NCBI RefSeq assembly: GCF_009914755.1
Contig: NC_060929.1
Reading direction: 5' to 3' (one strand)
Length of the DNA: 64,000 nt
Origin: the human T2T-CHM13v2.0 reference genome, Homo sapiens
Notes under the pieces: model-generated
Told to the model about the DNA's origin: nothing
The model's input: the letters and a program-made list of their open reading frames with translations, nothing else
The model's database searches: none
Program-made: the position numbers and the translations under genes
Part shown: positions 18,284 to 36,010 of the stretch, one piece after another
How the letters are laid out: each line of letters starts with the position of its first letter
How positions within the stretch are numbered: the first letter of the stretch is position 1

Positions 18284-21200
18284 GTAAGTGATTCTTGAAG
18301 CTTCAAATTTTTAATTTAGGGACATGGCTGGAAACCCATGTTGATCATTCGAGAATAACTATTATCCATGATTGCTTAACTATTCAGTTAGAATAATGAA
18401 AAGATTTCTTCATATTAGCTAAATTCACAGTACAGACGATTGTCCTTTTTTTTTAAGTGAGCAGTGTTCTTTCATATTGCTAAAATATGTCTGAAGAATA
18501 CCCCTGATACCATGGGTATTTACCAATTTTAACAAATACTTATTGACCTGCTTATTAAGCCAACAATACACACTAAGCCTCTTTCCCCTTAAGACTTTAG
18601 CCTTGAGCTCAAGAGAAACAACCCAGGAGGATCATAGTGGGGATACTTAACAGAAGACTTTGGAGGGTCAAAAATTGCCAAGATACATTTGTTATAATTT
18701 CGTATTTAGCTACTTGTAATGATTAATATTCTAATTTAGGGTTGTTCACAGAGAACAGGAAATGATTCATAATGGGTTGTGATATTAACAGCTAATACCT
18801 AATTAGATTGTATATTTGTAGGTTCTATAGCTGAAGAAAATAATATTAGCCAGGGAAGCTGACAGTGTTTATTACTTTTGCCATATCCACCGTATAATCA
18901 AAAAAACCTAAATCGAAACCATTATGCTGAGAAACACCATAAGTCAGTAAAGACAAAAAGAATAATCTCTTTTGGCATTTTTCAAAAGCAAAAAGTTTAT
19001 TAAAAGAGGTAGGAGAAAAATGTCCTAGGCTCTCTTCCTATTACCATAGGAACCACAAATCAAAAGGAAAAAGTGGTTGCAGGCACCTTGTATTCTGATT
19101 GGCTCACTTGAAGAACTCACAAAAGCTAACTTCGGTCTGTTTTTAGATGGGATTGTTTTGAATCTCCTGCCCTGATTCCTTCTCAAAGAAGCAGTTCTTT
19201 TAAAATTTCCCCAAAGAGGTATTTTATGTTAATCATCTCTCTAATGTTATAACCTCTGATTTAGAAATCTGCCTTATTATAGGTTTTCTATAACTCCCCC
19301 CACCACCAATCTTTTTATTTAATCCACTTCCCACAGAATCATTACCAGCTTCTTCTCACTCCTGTCATCATGATTGAAGTAATCAAGTTGAGTGGCTGTT
19401 CCATTAACCAAAAAACTTATCTGAACTTATATCTATCTGCACATAGTAAAGCAATTAAGACATTCTCTTTATTCTCCAGGAGCTCACAGAAGGCAATCTT
19501 AAACTTATAATGTAAATACACATACACACACACACACATATATATATACATACACACACAAATATGAACTTAACCCACCCAAAGGAAGAGGATGCCTGAA
19601 CTAATTCATAAAGGGTAAGTAGGAGGCAGCCAGGGGAAAAAGAGAAAGACATTCCAAGAAGAATACATAGCATAAGCAAAGCCAAAGAGGTAAAAAATGA
19701 AACATCCTATGCAAGTATCTGCAATTAATTTAGCATTAAAATACTTAAGTGTGAGATGAGAAAGGCTTAATTAGAGAGACAGGGAGGGACCAGAGGTCTC
19801 TCTATCAAACTTGTGACTTAATCCCGTAGAACAACAGGTCTTAAACTCTGTGCTACAGCCCATCAGTAGTTGGCCCAATGCTTCTCAGCTGTGTCATCCA
19901 ATTTTACATCAATGTGAATGACTTTTTTTTCTGCAACTCAGCAGATACACAGTTTGTACAATATCTGTCAGAGAGGAATAGAAACAGATCATGCAACACA
20001 GAGATGGAGGTGGAGGTGGACAGGGGATGGAGGTTTTTAGATTAAGAGGTAAGGGGTGAAGCATAACATCAAGCCAAAGCCAAGCCAAATCAAGCCAGCA
20101 ACAAAGAAATATCCCATGTTTTCTAGAACTCGTGGAGAATATTTGCCGCAAACGATAAAAGAAGTCTGCTCAACAGTAACCCAATGACAAAGAGTGTAAG
20201 CAGATAGTACAAAAACCAAGGATGTTTTTATAGATATTATATTACGGATTTTGTTAAAGACCAGAGTGTTCTGAATGTGTTAAATTCCTTTAAGTGAGAC
20301 ATCCAAAATTTTAATATTCAAATCACTGCTACAGACAATGATGAGACAGCTATTAAACTGTTTTAAGCAAAGGAATGACCCTTGGCAGCTGCAGCCAAGC
20401 ATGATTTGCAGAGAAATAAGGATAAGTCTCTTCGAGAATCTATAAGATAGCAGCTCATTTTTGTTTTACAAACAATGCAATTTCTTTCAGATGGGCTACA
20501 AAGAGTAGACACAAGAACCAGCACTTACCAACTTTCATACTCAGTCTAGGTCCTTTTTTCTCCCCCCACAAAACTTCCACCAGGCCCTACTGATAGAATA
20601 TCAAACAAAGAGTGCCATGATAATGATGAATAAGAGAAATAAAAGATCAATTTCATGGGGTAACCATTTGGCAGTAATGCCCTTTCCACTGGGAATCTCT
20701 AGCCATGAGTGAGGACTGGGTCTTGATGAATCAGACAATAGGTGGGCTCAAGGGGAGTACATAACTCCAGCTCTCTAAACCTAGACTTGACAGCTAGAGT
20801 CCCCATTCAGTTTCTGCTGAAGACTGCCAAATAAACTAAGCATTAAAGTTAACCCAACTTAGGAATTATCCTATTGTGTCTCATCTCTCAGCCTGTTGCT
20901 TTTCAAGAAGCAGCAGTGTTTGTAATTAAAGTAAGGACAAAGCATTCAGAAGAGTCTTCTAAAATTCAGAACCTAGGCTTCCACTATTAATGTCTGATGG
21001 CAACCTATAAGAAAGAGCACTCTCACCACCATAAATGCATTGTTTTTAAAACCAAGAATCACAATGTAGCAATCAGGTTGTTAAATAAAAGTTAATTCAC
21101 GGTTTAAGGCATTTTCTATAACCTTTTATAGAACTGAATATTGGCCCATTACCCTAATGTGCAAAATACTTTCTTTTCCTTATAATGGCATTTTATTATA

Positions 21201-22129
21201 ACAGAATTTGATAGTAAACATGTGACATGTAACCAAAAAGTTTACATTTTAATTCTTAGCAACTGTATTCTAGAATTATGTTCTTGTCATAATATTATAT
21301 CACAGGGTATATTCAGGCTGGGATATATGTTAAGGGAAGAAAAGGGGATGCAGAGAAGTAGGCAGGAAGGGGAGAAAAAAAATAAGGATGAGAAGAATGA
21401 GGAAAACCACAATTTACTATCTGCCAAGTTTTTAGATTCAAGAACAGCCCAAAAGTAGTGGAATCAGGACTCAAAGTCAGAGGCCAAACTTTGCTTAAAC
21501 ACCACTATAATTTTTTTAATTAATGTCCAAACAATTTTCATCTTGAATTATTCTAAGGTAAGATATTAGAACCCATCCAGGCAAGATGGCTCATGCCTAT
21601 AATCCCAGCACTGTGGGAGGCCAAGGCAGGAGATTACTTGATGTCAGGAGTTTGAGACCAGCCTGGCCAACATAGTGAAAGCCTGTCTCTACTAAAAATT
21701 ACAAAAAATTAGCCAGGCAGGTGGCACGCACCTATGATCCCAGCTACTCAGGAGGCTGAGGCACGAGAATTGCTTGAACCCAGGAGGCAGAGGTTACAGG
21801 GAGCTGAGATCATGCCATTGTACTCCAGCCTGGGCAACAGAGTGAGACTCTTGTCTTTAAAAATAAAAAAAAAAAAAAAAAGATATCAGTACCCAAAAGC
21901 ATTAAAACTAAAATGGATCTTCACTGTAATCTCTCTGGTAGAGAGATGAAGGGTAATGTTCTTTTCAAATTTTTATTCATCCATATTTTCCGATTTTTCT
22001 CCAATGACCACCTAGTACTCATATTAATACCTTAATAATACCAAGTATAATTTTAAGTGATGACTTATTTTGTTTAATTATAAAGAGTAACTTGACAATT
22101 TTTTTTTAATGGGGCAGTTCACAACATAT

Positions 22130-22507
22130 TCATGTAGTTTGGCTCTGTGTCCCCACCCAAATCATATCTCGAATTGTAATCCCCACGTGTCAGGGGAGGG
22201 GCCTGGTAGGAGGTGGTTGACTCATGGGGGTAGACGTCCCCCTTGCTGTTCTCGCGATAGTGAGTTCTCACAGAATCTCATTGTTTGAACATGTGTGGAA
22301 CTTCCCCCTTCTCACCCTCTCTCCTGCATCAGCGTGGTAAGACATGCTTGTTTCCCCTTTGCCTTCAGCCATGATTGTAAGTTTCCTAAGGCCTCCCAAT
22401 CATGCTTCCTGTTAAGCCTGCAGAACTGTGAGTCAATTAAACCTCTTCTTTATGAATTACCCAGTCTCAGATAGTTCTTTACAGCAGTATGAGAACGGAC
22501 TAATACA
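22130..22507 (+). mobile_element. Solo THE1D/MSTA-like MaLR LTR
   Basis: gtttggctctgtgtccccacccaaatc...gaactgtgagtcaattaaacctc...ggactaataca. Confidence 0.85.
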
Positions 22508-23845
22508 CAATTTAAATAAAAACATATTCTTTTACCAGGAATTAATTTTGAGTCCATCTTAAACATCCACAGTTTAAAATGTGTTTAAATGCTCAGTGCT
22601 AGAAAAATATTTCACCTAGTGGCCCTTGGAAACATCAAAATCATAATGGTTTATTCCTGAGGAAATCCAAAGGAAAAAAAAAATCATCCTTGTCCACTTT
22701 ACAACTACCACCCATGATTCAAAAATGTCACCAAGTTTTTCAGAGCTCTTACAGAAGCTGGAGGAGGAAAGAATTAGATGTTTGAGGTGGGAAGTGGAAT
22801 CTCTATTCTAAGCAGCATGACAGAGAACAGGATGTAACAAAATAATCTATTTCCGGCATAGCCACATGGATCCTCAGTTGTACTAGGACCAGCGTGAGGT
22901 TCAGCTGCCAAGGGGGAACAGAATCCCCCAGCAAGCTCAAGGTTAAATCAGTCTGAACCCAATCCCAATGAGGTTTTTCCAAGATCCATAAATCCTGAGC
23001 CTGGAGATAATTTAACACCTAAGTACATCTGGGCCTTTGTTGGTTAGCAGCTGTGGTCCAACTAGGAAAGTTGTTCAGGACTAGGGCGAGACCTCTCAAC
23101 CCTAAGTTTAATCTTTTTCAATAAAAATGTTAAATGACATGAAAATTAACAAAGAAGGATAAATTGGGAGGGGGTACAAAGTGAGTACCCTATGGCTATA
23201 CCGTACTCATTAACTCTCATACCACCTCTGGCCAAACAAGCAGCTGAGTTTTACAGACAAGAAAAACTAAGGACCACAGACATCAAATCACTTGCCAGAG
23301 GTCAAGAATGGCAAAACTGCATTCTATCTGACTCTAAAATCCCTGCTTTCTTCCCTTATCTATAATTGCCCGTCACTTCCTTTACCTGACATTAAACTCC
23401 GTAGAGCAGCAAGTTTCCCTGATTTATTTTCAAATTTTATCTACCTGTCACTCATCTATATTGCTGATTGATACAATCTCTGGTATGCAACTCTGCAATA
23501 CATAGTCAAGACTTGAAACTCATGCACATCATTTGACTCAGCAATTTCACATGTAAGAAATTTTATCAAGGAGACAAAATAAAGAAATGTCCAAAAATAT
23601 AGCCAAGAAGATGTCATTCACATCACTGTTCATAATAGCAAAGGGAAAATGCTAACCAAAGGGACAGGTTCCACAGATTAGGGATTACCCATAAGACAAA
23701 CTATTGTGTTTCTGCTAAATAGAAATCATGCTATACGAATATATTTACAGACACTAAAGGAAGTTTAATGCATAGAAAGAAAGTTACAATACACGGAAAG
23801 AATTCAAGAAACACTAAGTGAATAAAGGCAACAAACCAGGACTTA

Positions 23846-24250
<405 letters not shown>

Positions 24251-26015
24251 TTAAACACAGGTGATTTTTATTTTATTCTTTTGGGCTGCCATATTTTTTC
24301 AGATGAGGCCATACAATTGACAGCTCAAACTTCTCCATTCCCTCTCCTCTGAGCCACCTCTAAACAGAATATTGGCATTTCCACAGTTACTTAGGGATCT
24401 TATCATAGCAACTTGCCCCCTGACTGTAGTAGACCATTCTCCTAATGAAGGTGGAGAGCAGGTAGGGTTAGGACAGCTATAAGAATTTGGTTGCCGGGCG
24501 CAGTGGCTCACGCCTGTAATCCCAGCACTTTGGGAGGCCGAGGTGGGCGGATCACGAGGTCAGGAGATCGAGACCATCCCGGCTAACACGGTGAAACCCC
24601 TCGTCTCTACTAAAAATACAAAAAATTAGCCGGGCACAGTGGCAGGCACCTGCAGTCCCAGCTACACGGGAGGCTGAGGCAGGAGAATGGTGCGAACCCG
24701 GGAGGCGGAGCTTGCAGTGAGCCGAGATCAGCCATTGCACTCCAGCCTGGGCGAAAGAGCCAGACTCTGTCTCAAAAAAAAAAAAAAAAAGAATTTGGTT
24801 GCACTTTGAGGTAACAAAGACACTCTCCTCCATTCATTTCAATGCTTCTGGCTTCTAGATAGCTAACAGATGATCTCCAGTCAGAAAACTCCTAAGTATC
24901 TTCTAAGTTACTACTTCTAAATATGTGACAGTATATAGTCCATACCGCATGACATCTGAGAGGTCTTCCAGGTGACAAAACTAAAACCCCAATTTGTTTT
25001 TTAGACATTTTCTAGGAACTGAGAGACATCTGCTCTCATTTATACTAGTGCCCCTGTCCCCACCCTCAGTTAATCCAACTTCCCCTTCCCTAACATCTAA
25101 GACACTAGTGCTGGCTGCATCGCTTCCTGCTCCTTCTACCCACCATCATGAGTCAAAAGACTTTAATCAGAGAATTTCTGGAAATATGTGCACAACGAGA
25201 TCCTGATTGTCCTCTAATATACCAAGCCAAAATCCTTACCCTACTTTCATTTAACAGAGGGCAAAGTTGACTACGTTTTTAAAAGAACATTAGAACACAC
25301 GGAAGGGGCCGGGCGTGGTGGCTCATGCCTGTAATCCTAGCACTCTGGGAGGCCGAGGCAGATGGATCACGAGGTCAGGAGTTTGAGACCAGCCTGGCCA
25401 ACATGGTGAAACCCTGTCTCTACTAAAAAAACAAAAATTAGCCAGGCGTGGTGGCACATGCCTGTAACCCCAGGTGCTCAGGAGTCTGAGCCAGAAGAAT
25501 CATGTGAACCCAGGAGGCAGAGGTTGCAGTAAGCTGAGATCACGCCACCGCGCTCTAGCCTGGGCAACATAGCGAGACTCTGTCCCCCATCACCCCCCAA
25601 AAAAAAGAATGTATGGAAGGGAAAACTTTTTCTCCTGATGTAATGAACATTCTCATTTTTTTCTAAGAAGAGATACCACTTTCTGGAAGATGACCTGAGA
25701 AATGTATCTTCTCTCAATAAAGGTTTGACCCAATTATAGTCAGACTACATCATATTTCTATTTTATCTTTTTCATTTTAAACTGCTTAGTCATTTAAAAA
25801 AGTTTACTAAACATCAAGTATACTAAATGCTTTGATAGACAAAAATTCTCAAAACTATATATTCTGGTATTAAAAATTATTTCTGCAAATAAAGCCATAT
25901 TGCTTAAATTATTTCCTGGTTTGCTAAACGGAAAAAGATGGCTAAATTCCTAAAGTATGAAACATTTTAAATAAATGCAGTTTCACTGCCTTCAAGAGTA
26001 TTAAAACTTAACTAG

Positions 26016-26186
<171 letters not shown>

Positions 26187-26470
26187 TAATTTTTTCTATT
26201 TTCAGTAGAGACGGGGTTTCACTGTGTTGGCCAGGCTGGTCTCAAACTCCTGGCCTCCAGTGATCTGCCCACCTCAGCCTCCCAAAGTGCTGGTATTACA
26301 GGAATGAGCAACCACGCCTGGCTTAATTAGTGGTATTTTTAACATCTTTTGTAGACTTAACACTTCCAAAGACTTTGAAAGTCCATCTAACATGCTACTT
26401 GTCTCATTGAGAGCTCTGAAAAAGTACCTGCAGAATAAAAGTTGGCCCTGTTAAAAAATCTTTTGAATTC

Positions 26471-26821
26471 TGCTATGTTTTGGCTTCATGTCCCCACCCA
26501 AATCTCATCTCCCATTGTAATCCCTCGAAGGAGGGACTTGGTGGGAGGTGACTGGATCATGGAGGCAGTCTCCCCCATTCTGTTCTTGGTATAGTGAGTG
26601 AGTTCTCAGGAGATCTGATGGTTTTATGAGTGTTTGACAGTTCCTCCTCTCTCACCTGCCACCATGTAAGACATGCCTGCTTCCCCTTCCACCATGCTTC
26701 TAAGTTTCCTGAGGCCTCCCAGCCATGCAGAACTGTGAGCCAATTAAACCTCTTTTCTTAATATTTATAAACCACCCAGTCTCGGGTAGCTCTTTATGCA
26801 GTATGAGAACAAACTAATACA
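26471..26821 (+). mobile_element. Solo THE1D/MSTA-like MaLR LTR
   Basis: tgctatgttttggc...ccccacccaaatctcatct start; aactaataca end; 5-bp TSD AATTC. Confidence 0.88.
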
Positions 26822-28005
26822 AATTCAAACCTTACATCATTTAAACAAGCCCTCTACTATTTTATAAACACTACTCATTTCTTGAATACATACAACATTT
26901 ATTTTCAAAGACTTAACAGGCCCCTACACCAAATAAATACATGTTCCAAGTTAGTAGTGTTTTAATTTTATATACATACGCCCACACAGAGATTTGGAAA
27001 ACAATGGTAATAAAAATTTTGCTTCTTTAGCTAAGAACAGCATGAAAAGCGAGTTGTCAAAGATAATAAAGTGGCACATTTTATCATCCCTTAATTTTAC
27101 AGTAAAGTTTACACTTGCTCTTCTTCATATAGTTCATTGTTCTTATATCCTAAGCTGACCTTGGTTTCAAATAAAAATAAAATGTGTGCCTTACAGTCCA
27201 CTGGGCTCTAAGAAATTAATTTGTCTTTCAGGCAGGGGCTAGGACAGCCTTAGAGTAAGGGACTCCTGCTGCTTGCTGCACAGCAAGGATGTCTTTGATT
27301 CCCTTCACATTGTTCGAATCCTGCAGGCAACTGGAAAAGGGGAGTTCTCACGACTTGAAGCAAGGAATTTCGCTAAATGCTGGAGCTGAAAGGGACCTTA
27401 CAGACTTTATAGACCATTTTGTCCATGTTCTTAAAATATTTTTCTAGTCTAGTTCCTCTAAATCTCTCACACTGTGCTGTCAGTACACACCACTTGAAAG
27501 CACCCAGTCTTAACAGCAGATAGTTATGGCTTAACACCTGCAACAATAAAGTCAATCTATAGGTTTACAGATGCTTTTTGCATGTGTACACATGAATATG
27601 GACAGAAAACAACACTCTGGAACTTCTCACAAAGGAATATATTTATCATCTAAGGTTACAAAAGTCTTATAAACTACTGCAGAAACAGAGTACTACTATT
27701 ACAAGCAGAGTCTCATCTGTGCCCCTCCTTTAAGACCCTTTTTCCATGCGTTGTATGTAACTTTACCCCTGACTTCATCTTTTTGTCCTATTTTTCCTTT
27801 CATCTTCATTTTCCCACTTATTTTGTTTTTAATCTTCCTACACTGTATATGTCACTGTAATCACTCAAATCCTTTTTCTGAAATAAACTAAGGTTTCTGT
27901 ATATGTTACCAGCAGCAAAAGTCATTACGTTTTTGCAGGCAGTGAGGAGGAAAAAAAAAATTTATTACATTTTTGAACTGAGAAAAAGGGAAAAGTTGAA
28001 AATTA

Positions 28006-31511
<3,506 letters not shown>

Positions 31512-32772
31512 TAGCTGTGAAATTACTAAATAAAAATCAACCTAAAACTCCAACAAAGAAGCCATATGCCACTAGAAAAGAATGGAGCTGGGAGAACAAG
31601 GAAGGGAAGGAACATGAGAGTTTACAGAGGCAGTTTAGGCAGAGGCAGTCAAGGCTTCCCCCTTTTCTTCTCAATCTACCCAAATGCAGAGAATCTGCTG
31701 CTGGCCAGCCACAGCCTGGAGATCCTGCTGCTCCTGAGCCTCAGGCTCTCTCGAGTGCTGCTGGCTAAGATGTGGTTATTACAGAGGTGGGGCCTCTAGA
31801 ACAATCAGAAGAGTTTTTCTTACCCCATGCTGGTGTGAGAAAGAGCACAGGCATTACAGTAAAAATGAATAAGTAAAATGTAAGTAAATAAAATCTATCA
31901 CTTTGCTATCTACGTGACCTTGGGCAAAAATTAATCACCTCCAGTTCCTACTTCTTCCCATGCTAAAATGTGGAAAACAAGTCTACCTTTCAAGGTTACA
32001 GTAAAGGTTAAAAGAAACAGGGGGTGTAAATCTGGCAAACAGTAGGTATTTAACAAATACTAGTTCTCTCCTCCCTCCTTATTTTGGCAGGATGACAAGA
32101 GAAACTCTTGGTGAATAAAAGGGATTAGGGCGAACAAAAATCATAAAGAATAGCATTTCCAAAAGTGTGTCTCTTGGATCACACAGATTTCGAACCAAAT
32201 ATATGGGGGGAGGAATTCTGGGATCAGAAAGTTTGGGAAATGTTGGGAAACACATTATTAAAATGATGATTATCAGGTGAGTTTCCAAAAGGAGACTATA
32301 TACAGCATTTACTAACAACTCACAGGAATAATCAACCTATTAATCACTAAAACACATGAGGATGGAAGGATGGAGAGAGGGAGGGGAGGAAGGGAGGAAG
32401 AAGGAGGGGAAGGCAGCAGTTAAGGCCATGACAACTCCTTCAAAATGATAGTTGAAGTAACAGTGAGATAAAACTATCTGGACGACTTACAAGTCAACGA
32501 CAGTTTTAAAATCTGGTTTAGAACCAGAGAGGGGAGAGGGGATGCTTTTTCAACTTCTGAAAGAAGTTTCTGATGCCAATTATTTAATTTTCAGGATCAA
32601 GTCAATTACGAGATGGTACTGAAACAGAAAACACCAAGAGTTTAAGTAGCAAATATACTCACTTTGGAAGTAGAAATAGCCTTTTGATATAAGATAGTAA
32701 TTCTCATTTGCTCTTCCAAATTTATTCCCTCATTCGACTGGGCAACTGCTTGGCAAGCACTGTGATAGATGC

Positions 32773-33747
32773 TGTTATGGATTGCATATGTCCTCCAAAA
32801 AGCATGTGTTGGAAACTTAATCCCAAATCTAACAGTGCTGGGAGGTGGGGCTTAATGGTAAGTGTTTAGGTCATGAGGGCTCCACTCTCATGAATGGATT
32901 AATGCCAATTATAAAAGGGTTTCAGGCTGCAAGTTCAATCTCTTGCTCTATCAAGCAAAGCTCTCTCACGCCCTTCCATCTTCTGCTGGGATAATGCAGC
33001 AAGAAGGCCCTTTTGAGATTCAGGTCCCTTAACCTTGGACTTCCCAGCCTCCAGGTGAGCTCTAAGACATAAATCTCTGGGCCGGGTGTGGTCGTTCACG
33101 CCTGTAACCCCAGCAATTTGGGAGCCCAAGGCAGGTGGATCACCTGAGGTCAGGAATTTGAGACTAGCCTGACCAACACAGTGAAATCCCATCTCTACTA
33201 AAAACACAAAATTAGCCAGGTGTGGTGGTGCATGTCTGTAATCCCAGCTACCTGGGAGGCTAAGGCAGGAGAGTCGCTTGAACCTAGGAGGCAGAGGTTG
33301 AAGAGAGCCAAAATGGTGCAGCCTGGGCAACAAGAGTAAAACTCCAACTCAAAAAAAAAAAAAGAAATCTCTGGCCAGGCAGGGTGGCTCACGCCTGTAA
33401 TCCCAGCAATTTAGGAGGATGAGACAGGAAGATCACTTGAGCCCAGGAGTTTAAGACCAGCCTGGGCAACATAGGGAGACCCCACCTTCACAGAAAATTT
33501 AAAAATTAGTCGGGTATGGTGGCACGTGTGGATCGCTTGAACCCTGCCTAGAAAGGTGAGGCTGTAGTGAGCCATGACTGCACCACTGCACTCCAGCCTG
33601 GGCAACAGAGCAAGACCATGTCTCAAAAAAAAAAAAAAAAGAAAGAAAGAAAAGAAAAAAGAAAGAGGAAGAGAAAGAAATCTCTGTTCTTTATAAATTA
33701 CCCAGTCTCAGGTATTTTGTTATAGCAGCACAAAACAAACTAAGACA
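32773..33747 (+). mobile_element. MST-type MaLR LTR interrupted by two tandem Alus (33080-33680)
   Basis: tgttatggattg start; ataaattacccagtctcaggtatt...actaagaca end; 5-bp TSD GATGC. Confidence 0.82.
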
Positions 33748-33867
33748 GATGCTGGGAATGAATATGCCATGAACTGAAGATGACAAAACAGATATGATCC
33801 TCGCCCCCATGGAGATTACTTTCTAATAAGAGCTGATTGTCTAGCAGGGGATTACGCAATACATTTG

Positions 33868-34226
33868 TGTATCAGTCCGTTTCATGCTGCCAATAAAGAC
33901 ATACCTGAGACTGGGCAAGTTACAAAAGAAAGAAGTTTAACTGGACTTACAGTTCCACATGGATGGGGAGGCCTCATAATCATGGCAGAAAGCAAGGAGG
34001 AGCAGGTCACATCTTAAGTAGAATGGCAGCAAGCAAAGAGAGAGAAGCTTGTGCAGGGAAACTCCCCTTTTTAAGAAAGATCAGATCTCGTGAGACTTAT
34101 TCACTATCACGAGAACAGCATGGGAAAGACCTGCTCCCATGATTCAATCACCTCCCACGGGGTCCCTCCCACAACACATGGGAATTCAAGATGAAATATG
34201 GGTAGGGATACAGCCAAACCATATCA
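33868..34226 (-). mobile_element. Solo THE1 (ERVL-MaLR) LTR, sense to FBXW11
   Basis: Minus strand begins TGATATGGTTTGGCTGTATCCC; 359 bp; 5-bp TSD ATTTG on both sides. Confidence 0.9.
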
Positions 34227-36010
34227 ATTTGTAAACTACAGTTACATTAACAGCTGTAAAAATAAAAAAAGAACTGACTGCTGCTAGAGCATGACAAGGG
34301 AACTTAATCTATAAGGGTACCTAGGGGACCCAGGCATGGCTCCTAAGGAGTTGACACTTCAGCTCAACTCTAAAGGACAAGCAGAGGTTAACTAGACAAG
34401 GAAGAAAGGGTGACCCCTCCCTAATAATGAGAACAAATTATAATGCTTGTTGTAACCCTCAAGCAGGTTCAGAGGAACAGAGAAAAAGAAAAAAAATCAC
34501 TGTGACTCAAGTGCAGAAAGCGAGGGTGAAAAAGAGCAAAAATAGACAAGACTCAGGAGGAAAACAGAGGTGTCAAAGTTGGGGTTACTGACTGATGCAA
34601 CCAAAATCATCAAAGGAATATCAAAGTAAAAGACAAACTACATTGGCACTTGAAACCTGTCCAGTGGTGCCCTCCACATATATAAGTTTTTTCAAGGTAT
34701 TTCTATAAACATAATACAGGAAAAAACTGGACGAGAAATAGGGTTCAGTGCATATTAAGAAATAAAAGCCCACCTGAGAAGGGGAAGGAATTCCCAACAG
34801 AACCCCACCTCAAAGCAGCAAAGGCTAGTAGTAGGAGTGAGAGTCCTTGAAGCTGTCAGTGAAGCCAACAGCAACTGATCCTAAAGTGTCTCACAGAGAG
34901 CATCCAGAGCCAGAGTCTACGCAGAGAAGGGACCCAATTTCCATTTGCCATGGACAGTATGCAGAGTGAGGCAAACACTTCCACAGCTGGCTTTTAACAA
35001 AAATGGCCATTTCAATCACAAAAGGGCAGCAGCAGTGCCCCAGTCACGACAAAATCAGAAGTTCCTCACCCTAGTGATTTCCTTCCGCTACACTCCCCCA
35101 TGCACCTAGAAGCAGCAGAGCAGAACTACAGCTAATTTTAACACTTCTCTTTCTTCACAAAAGAAATACGAATAGCCACAAACATTAGAAAAATACATCC
35201 AATGTCACTAGTAACTTAAATCTTTAAATCTTTAATTAAACTGAGATTTTTTGATTTATTAAAACCCTAAAATGGCATAAACATGAAGAAAGCATGTTTC
35301 ATGCAGAGAATATAGTCTGTCATGTCACATCATGTTCATAAAGGTTAAGAACAGTGGGTAAAACCTTTGGCTATATGAAATACTCATGCTCTTAAAAAAA
35401 GTTAGAGACCATCCTGTGCAACATAGGGAGACCCCATTTTGTCTCTACAAAAACCCTATATTTTGTCTCTACAAAACTTCAAAAATTAGCCAGTCATGGT
35501 GTTGCATGCCTGTAGTCCCAGCTACTCAGTCAACTGAGGTGGATCACTTGAGCCTGGGAGGTCAAGGTATGAGCCACAATCATGCTACTGCATTCCAGCC
35601 TGGGAAACAAAGACCCTCTCTCAAAAAATAAATATATACATACATAATACATACATACATACATACATATGTACATGTATATGTATAGATGAAGGAAGGG
35701 AAGAATACATACCATATATTAATAGTAGTTATAATGGAAACTTTGTTCTTTTTCCATCTTACTTTACGTTTTTCATTACATTTTTCCATCTTATTTTACA
35801 TTATATTTATTTTCATTTTTTCTATAATAAATGTGAATTGCTTCTGTAAAAAAAGGTAAGTTCCTATTCAATAATTTTGCAATTATTTTTTAATATATGT
35901 GTAAATAATGGTGGTGGACTAACTGGTTAACAACATGGGGGAAAAACGAACTTTGATCCCTATCGCAACCATAAAAAACAATTATTTTGAGATAGTAAAA
36001 CCCTAAGACT

